Source: a virus
Strand: one strand, 5' to 3'
DNA: 64,000 nt
Virus record (IMG/VR): IMGVR_UViG_3300042294_004161
Coordinates: 35,131 to 99,130 of that record
Below are positions 59,050-64,000 of this stretch, one piece after another. Under the pieces are notes generated by a model. It did no database searches, was not told the origin of the DNA, and worked only from the letters and a program-made list of their open reading frames with translations. The position numbers and the translations under genes are program-made. Each line of letters starts with the position of its first letter. The first letter of the stretch is position 1.

Positions 59050-60492
59050 ATGAATAATAAATTTAAATACGTTCCTAAAGAACAAAGAAAAAAAATCCTT
59101 TTAATATCTGATGATATTCGAGCCCATAGTGGAGTAGGAAATGTTGGTAAAGAAGTAGTTATCCACACATCACATCATTTTAATTTTGTCCAAATTGCAG
59201 GAGGAATTAAACATCCTGAAGCAGGTAAAAGATTAGACATATCAGAAGACACTAATAAAATAGCAGGTATTGAAGATGCGTCTGTTATTCTTTATCCATC
59301 TGATGAGTATGGTAATCCAGATTTACTAAGACAAATTATTAAATTAGAGAAACCAGATGCGATAATGTTAATTACAGACCCAAGATATTTTACTTGGATA
59401 TTTGCTATGGAAAATGAAATACGTAAAGACATTCCAATAACTTATTTGAATATTTGGGATGATTACCCAGCTCCATATTATAACTCAGCTTATTATGAAG
59501 CTTGTGATTTGTTGATGGGTATTTCAAAACAAACAGTTAATATAAATACTTTAGTATTAGGTGAAAAAGCTAAAGATAGGATTATAAAATATGTTCCTCA
59601 TGGACTTAATGAAAAAGTATTTTATCCTATTACTTCAGAATCTGAATCTTACAGTAGGTTTAAAGAGTTTAAAAAAGTATTTTATAAAGGTAAAGAATAT
59701 GATTTTGTTATGTTCTTTAATTCTAGAAATATTAGACGGAAACAAATTCCAGATACATTACTAGCATATAAATATTTTATAGATCAATTACCTGTTGAAA
59801 AAGCTAAAAAATGTGCTTTCGTATTACATACTGATAAAGTAAGTGATCATGGAACTGATTTAATAGCTGTTCAAAAAACATTATTAGATGGAGATCAATA
59901 CAATATTATTTACACTGATAGAATATTAAGCCCAGAAGAATTAAACTTTATATATAATTCATCAGATTGTCAAATTTTATTAACATCTAATGAGGGTTGG
60001 GGTTTAAGTTTAACTGAAGCTATATTAGTTGGAAACCCAGTTATAGCTAATGTGACAGGTGGAATGCAAGATCAAATGAGATTTGAAGATGAAGAAGGTA
60101 ATTGGTTTACTCCATCACCTGATGTTCCATCAAATAATACTGGTAAATATAAAAAATGTGGTGAATGGGCTTTCCCAGTATTCCCAAATAATCGTTCATT
60201 ACAAGGTTCTCCTCCAACACCATATATTTGGGATGATAGATGTAGTTCTGAAGATGCTGCTAAACTAATTATGGCTGTCTATTCTTTAGATAAAGAAGAA
60301 CGTAAATCTAAAGGATTAAAAGGTAGAGAATGGGCATTAAATGAAGCTGGATTTACTAGTGAGAAACAAGGAGAACGTGTTATTGAAGCATTTGATGAGT
60401 TATTTGAAACATGGGTTCCAAGAAAGAAATTTGAATTCATTAATGCTAATGAAGTACAACACAAAACATTAAACCATAAATTGTTATATTAA
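59050..60492 (+). CDS. GT4-like glycosyltransferase
   Basis: ILLISDD..HSGV, VPHG, NSRNIRRKQ, SNEGWGLSLTEA..GNPVI..TGG. Confidence 0.85.
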   Translation: MNNKFKYVPKEQRKKILLISDDIRAHSGVGNVGKEVVIHTSHHFNFVQIAGGIKHPEAGKRLDISEDTNKIAGIEDASVILYPSDEYGNPDLLRQIIKLEKPDAIMLITDPRYFTWIFAMENEIRKDIPITYLNIWDDYPAPYYNSAYYEACDLLMGISKQTVNINTLVLGEKAKDRIIKYVPHGLNEKVFYPITSESESYSRFKEFKKVFYKGKEYDFVMFFNSRNIRRKQIPDTLLAYKYFIDQLPVEKAKKCAFVLHTDKVSDHGTDLIAVQKTLLDGDQYNIIYTDRILSPEELNFIYNSSDCQILLTSNEGWGLSLTEAILVGNPVIANVTGGMQDQMRFEDEEGNWFTPSPDVPSNNTGKYKKCGEWAFPVFPNNRSLQGSPPTPYIWDDRCSSEDAAKLIMAVYSLDKEERKSKGLKGREWALNEAGFTSEKQGERVIEAFDELFETWVPRKKFEFINANEVQHKTLNHKLLY

Positions 60493-60493
60493 A

Positions 60494-61819
60494 ATGAATA
60501 AACCGTTATTTATAATATCATCACCTTTTGACACATACTCAGGATATGGTAGTCGTTCTAGAGATATAATTAAAGCTATCATAGAAACAGGTAAATATGA
60601 AGTGAAATTACTTTCTCAAAGATGGGGTTCAACTCCATTTGGTTTCTGTAAAGACAATCCAGAGTGGGGGTTTTTATATGATTTAGTAATTCAAGGAAAC
60701 AAATTACCAAAACAACCTGAATTATGGGCTCAAATTACTATTCCATCAGAATTCCAACCTGTAGGAAAATTTAATATTGGTATAACTGCTGGGGTAGAAA
60801 CAACAGTTGCCCCACCAGAATGGATTGAGGGATTAAACAGAATGAACTTGAATTTAGTTTCATCAGAACATTCTAAAAAAGTATTTCAAGATTCAACATT
60901 TGAAAAACGTAATAAACAAACAAATGTTTTAGAGTCAAATGTTAAATTAGAAAAACCAATTGAAGTTTTATTCGAAGGTATTTCAACTGAAATATTTAAA
61001 CCTCTTGAAAAGCCAGTTAAAAATGAACTTCATGATACTATAAACAGTATTCCTGAGACATTTGCTTATCTATTTTCAGGAATGTGGATTGCAGGTAATA
61101 ATATTCCAATAGGTGAAGACAGAAAAAATGTAGGTTTATTAATTAAAGCGTTTTATGAGACATTTAAAAATAAAACTAAAAAACCAGCTTTAATTTTAAA
61201 AACAGCTCATGTTGGTTCATCTTATATGGATCGAGATGAAATACTTAAAAAAATTGAAGTTATTAAGTCAACTGTAAATTCTACTAATTTACCAAATGTT
61301 TATTTATTACATGGTGAATTTACAGATGAAGAAATTAATCAATTGTATAATCACCCAAAAGTAAAAGCAATGGTTAATTTAACTAAAGGTGAAGGATTTG
61401 GTCGTCCATTACTTGAATTTACATTAATTAAAAAACCTTTAATTACTACAGGTTGGTCAGGTCAAGTAGATTTCTTAGATTCAAAATATACTAATTTGAT
61501 AGGAGGTCAATTAACACAAATACATCCAAATGCAGCTAATCAATGGTTAATTAAAGATTCACAATGGTTATCTCCTGATCATGGACAAATTGGTTTCTTT
61601 TTAAAAGATGTATTTGAAAACTATAAAAACTATACTGATAAAGCTAAACGTCAGGCTCATAAAAGTAAAACTGAATTTAGTTGGGATAAAATGAAGGATA
61701 AAGTAGATGAATTATTTACTAAATATATTCCTGAATTTCCTAAAGAAATTCAAATTAAATTACCTCAACTCCGTAAACTAGAACTTCCAAAACTTAAAAA
61801 AATAGAATCAAATGACTAA
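60494..61819 (+). CDS. GT4-like glycosyltransferase
   Basis: TYSGYG, DRKNVG.LIKAF, KGEGFGRPLLE, TGWSG..DF. Confidence 0.85.
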   Translation: MNKPLFIISSPFDTYSGYGSRSRDIIKAIIETGKYEVKLLSQRWGSTPFGFCKDNPEWGFLYDLVIQGNKLPKQPELWAQITIPSEFQPVGKFNIGITAGVETTVAPPEWIEGLNRMNLNLVSSEHSKKVFQDSTFEKRNKQTNVLESNVKLEKPIEVLFEGISTEIFKPLEKPVKNELHDTINSIPETFAYLFSGMWIAGNNIPIGEDRKNVGLLIKAFYETFKNKTKKPALILKTAHVGSSYMDRDEILKKIEVIKSTVNSTNLPNVYLLHGEFTDEEINQLYNHPKVKAMVNLTKGEGFGRPLLEFTLIKKPLITTGWSGQVDFLDSKYTNLIGGQLTQIHPNAANQWLIKDSQWLSPDHGQIGFFLKDVFENYKNYTDKAKRQAHKSKTEFSWDKMKDKVDELFTKYIPEFPKEIQIKLPQLRKLELPKLKKIESND

Positions 61820-62276
61820 TGAACAAATGATAACATGCCCTAAATCAGGTGGTGATGCATGTATGGTAATAGAAACATCTCCTGGTATTAAAACATATTT
61901 CTCTTTTTCATCTGGATTTCAAACCAATTCCTTAATGAAAGAAGGAGAAGCATTCTATGAAGAACAAATATCTGTTCTACCAGAATTATATAAAGACTTA
62001 ATTTGGAAAGATCCTGAAACTGGATTAATGTGGTTACCTAGTATGGTTAATGAACCTACTAAAGGAATGGTATTTGCAAATGGTCCATCTAAAGAAGAGT
62101 GGGGTTGGGCAGCTGTAAAAGCAGTACCTGTTACTGAAGAAGAGAAAGAAAAATATCCTATTCCAGGTAAAAAAGGTCAATTTTATGAATTTAGAATGGA
62201 TATGAGTACTTTAAAAATGTTTGAAGAACGTAACTACATTGATAGTCTTTCATATATTGGCGTTTTACCCGAGTAA
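61812..62276 (+). CDS. Hypothetical protein
   Basis: 154 aa, CP.SGGDAC, W.P. Confidence 0.65.
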   Translation: MTNEQMITCPKSGGDACMVIETSPGIKTYFSFSSGFQTNSLMKEGEAFYEEQISVLPELYKDLIWKDPETGLMWLPSMVNEPTKGMVFANGPSKEEWGWAAVKAVPVTEEEKEKYPIPGKKGQFYEFRMDMSTLKMFEERNYIDSLSYIGVLPE

Positions 62277-62279
62277 ATT

Positions 62280-62906
62280 ATGAAGATCTCATATGCCATA
62301 ACGTGTTTCAATGAAATTGAAGAAACTAAACGTTTAACACAATTTTTATTTGAAAATATACGTCCACAGGATGAAGTAGTTATTCTAATGGATAGTAAAG
62401 GTCCTGATGAAATGTGGGATTATTTATTATCTATAGAGTCTAAATTAGGAGTTCTAATGAGGTCTCAATTTAATAATGATTTTGCTGAATGGAAAAATAG
62501 ACTATCAGCAGGGTGTTGGGGTGATTATATTTTTAATATAGATGCAGATGAGATGCCATCTCTTCATCTTATAGATAATTTACCATCTTTGTTAGAAAAT
62601 AATGACATAGATTTGGCTTGGGTACCTAGAATTAATACATTGATTGGAGATAAAGATGAAATAAAATCATATGTTAAATCACAAAGATGGTCTATGAATG
62701 ATGAAGGTTGGATTAACTGGCCAAATGATTATCAGGGTAGGATATATCGAAGAGATCCTAATATTAGTTGGAGTGGTAAAGTACATGAAAAAATAGAAGG
62801 TCATAAAACTTTTGCCTATTATCCATCTGAAGAACATTGGTCTTTATATCATCCAAAAACATTAAATAGACAAATTAAACAAAACGAATTATATAGTAAG
62901 TTATGA
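62280..62906 (+). CDS. GT2-like glycosyltransferase
   Basis: ISYAIT.FNE, DF...KN, IDADE, DYQGRIY, W.GKVHE. Confidence 0.85.
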   Translation: MKISYAITCFNEIEETKRLTQFLFENIRPQDEVVILMDSKGPDEMWDYLLSIESKLGVLMRSQFNNDFAEWKNRLSAGCWGDYIFNIDADEMPSLHLIDNLPSLLENNDIDLAWVPRINTLIGDKDEIKSYVKSQRWSMNDEGWINWPNDYQGRIYRRDPNISWSGKVHEKIEGHKTFAYYPSEEHWSLYHPKTLNRQIKQNELYSKL

Positions 62907-62979
62907 AACTAAAAGTTAGACATTTTGATTAAAAAACAATTGAACGATAAGAAAAACAAAACACTTTTTATAACACATT

Positions 62980-63504
62980 ATGAATAAATTACATTTGGGT
63001 TGCGGAACAAAACATTTAGAAGGATACACTAATATTGATATAAGATATCTCCCCGGTGTGGATGAAGTAAATAATATTCGCTTTTTACGAAACTATAAAG
63101 AAAACTCAGTAGATGAAATTTATGCTTGCCATGTTTTAGAACATTTTGGAAGGTGGGAATATAAAGATGTTTTAAAACGTTGGTTTGAAATTCTTAAACC
63201 AGGAGGACAATTACGTTTAGCTATTCCTAATTTTAAGTCAATATGCTCTTATTATACTAAAACTAATGATTTAAAATCATTAATTGGATTACTTTATGGT
63301 GGGCAAGATTATGATGAAAATTATCATTATATTACATTTGATTACCTTACTTTATCTGATGATTTAAAAGCTATAGGATATTCTTATATAACAGAATGGG
63401 ACTCAGAAAACTATTCGGGAGATGATTTTAGTAAAGCATATCTTCCTCATATGGATAAAGAAAATGGGATATTAATGAGTTTAAATGTTTTAGCTATAAA
63501 ATGA
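62980..63504 (+). CDS. Class I SAM-dependent methyltransferase
   Basis: KLHLGCG, NID, HVLEH, ILKPGG.LR...P. Confidence 0.85.
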   Translation: MNKLHLGCGTKHLEGYTNIDIRYLPGVDEVNNIRFLRNYKENSVDEIYACHVLEHFGRWEYKDVLKRWFEILKPGGQLRLAIPNFKSICSYYTKTNDLKSLIGLLYGGQDYDENYHYITFDYLTLSDDLKAIGYSYITEWDSENYSGDDFSKAYLPHMDKENGILMSLNVLAIK

Positions 63505-64000
63505 AAATAAAATCTATTCATTTTGATGTAGAAAAATTATTACATCCTTTTAAAAATATTGATTTTTCATTGTTTTTAGAAACAATTCCCGAAAAAGATG
63601 AAGAATTATCTTCTATTAATGTAATATCACTTCACGAACCAAATGAATATTTTAAAAAACATGATTGGGTTATTCAAAACCAAAATTTATTTGATATTAT
63701 ATTAACATGGAATGATAAAATATTAAATACATGTGATAATGCAGTTTATTTACCTTTTGGACATACTTGGTTTAAACCAGACCAATATAAAAAAGAACAT
63801 AAAAAAGAATTTAAAATATCCCATTTACGAGGAAATTTATTAAAATCTTATGGCCATCAGATGCGTTGGGAGATATTAGATAGAAAAAATGAATTTAATA
63901 TTCCTACTAAGTTTTATGAAACTTATGGGGATAGAAATAATATTGAGGATGCTCGTTTAGGTAAAGAATTTGTATTTGGTGATTCAATGTTTGGAATAGC
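63501..64000 (+). CDS. Partial probable GT10 (fucosyltransferase-like) glycosyltransferase, runs off the window
   Basis: Open frame MKIKSIHFD...EP...FDIILTW...GHQMR...KEFVFGDSMFGI; not in the ORF track. Confidence 0.55.
   Translation, partial: MKIKSIHFDVEKLLHPFKNIDFSLFLETIPEKDEELSSINVISLHEPNEYFKKHDWVIQNQNLFDIILTWNDKILNTCDNAVYLPFGHTWFKPDQYKKEHKKEFKISHLRGNLLKSYGHQMRWEILDRKNEFNIPTKFYETYGDRNNIEDARLGKEFVFGDSMFGI

Overview
This 64 kb window is very AT-rich, densely coding and almost entirely on the + strand. It is best read as part of a large T4-like (myovirus, probably jumbo) phage genome. A Bacteroidota host is suggested by a T9SS C-terminal sorting domain, A-rich translation starts without Shine-Dalgarno sites and a boxA-like motif. 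From left to right it holds: the 3' end of a probable tail fibre gene; a glycosyltransferase/FkbM/TibC-like heptosyltransferase cluster; a contractile tail module (sheath, tube, chaperone with a probable programmed frameshift, tape measure, baseplate); an array of five genes sharing an N-terminal leader (MKVTQLRQLIREEIQSV-like) with mostly unrelated cargo, bracketed by perfect direct repeats; replication genes (compact PolA-like, SSB, UvsX, 5'-3' exonuclease, helicase, nrdB/nrdA); a ~6.5 kb block of host-like exported proteins (T9SS-CTD cohesin/dockerin protein, CsgG-like protein, probable beta-barrel, GEVED-dockerin protein, HExxH peptidase) just before the GH19 endolysin/holin cassette; promoter-repeat small genes; a 7-deazaguanine DNA-modification cluster (DpdA-like, queC, queD, queE, folE) with a homing endonuclease, thyA, hpt and a MazG-like gene; PolB, clamp, groES/groEL and clamp loader; and a second glycosyltransferase cluster. 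Two promoter grammars can be read from the sequence: YTTGG-N19-TATATT (12 copies found, fixed spacing) and ATAT(T/G)TAT(A) before structural and lysis genes. No capsid, portal, terminase, tRNA, rRNA or CRISPR array was recognised. All calls come from motif reading by eye; no searches were run.
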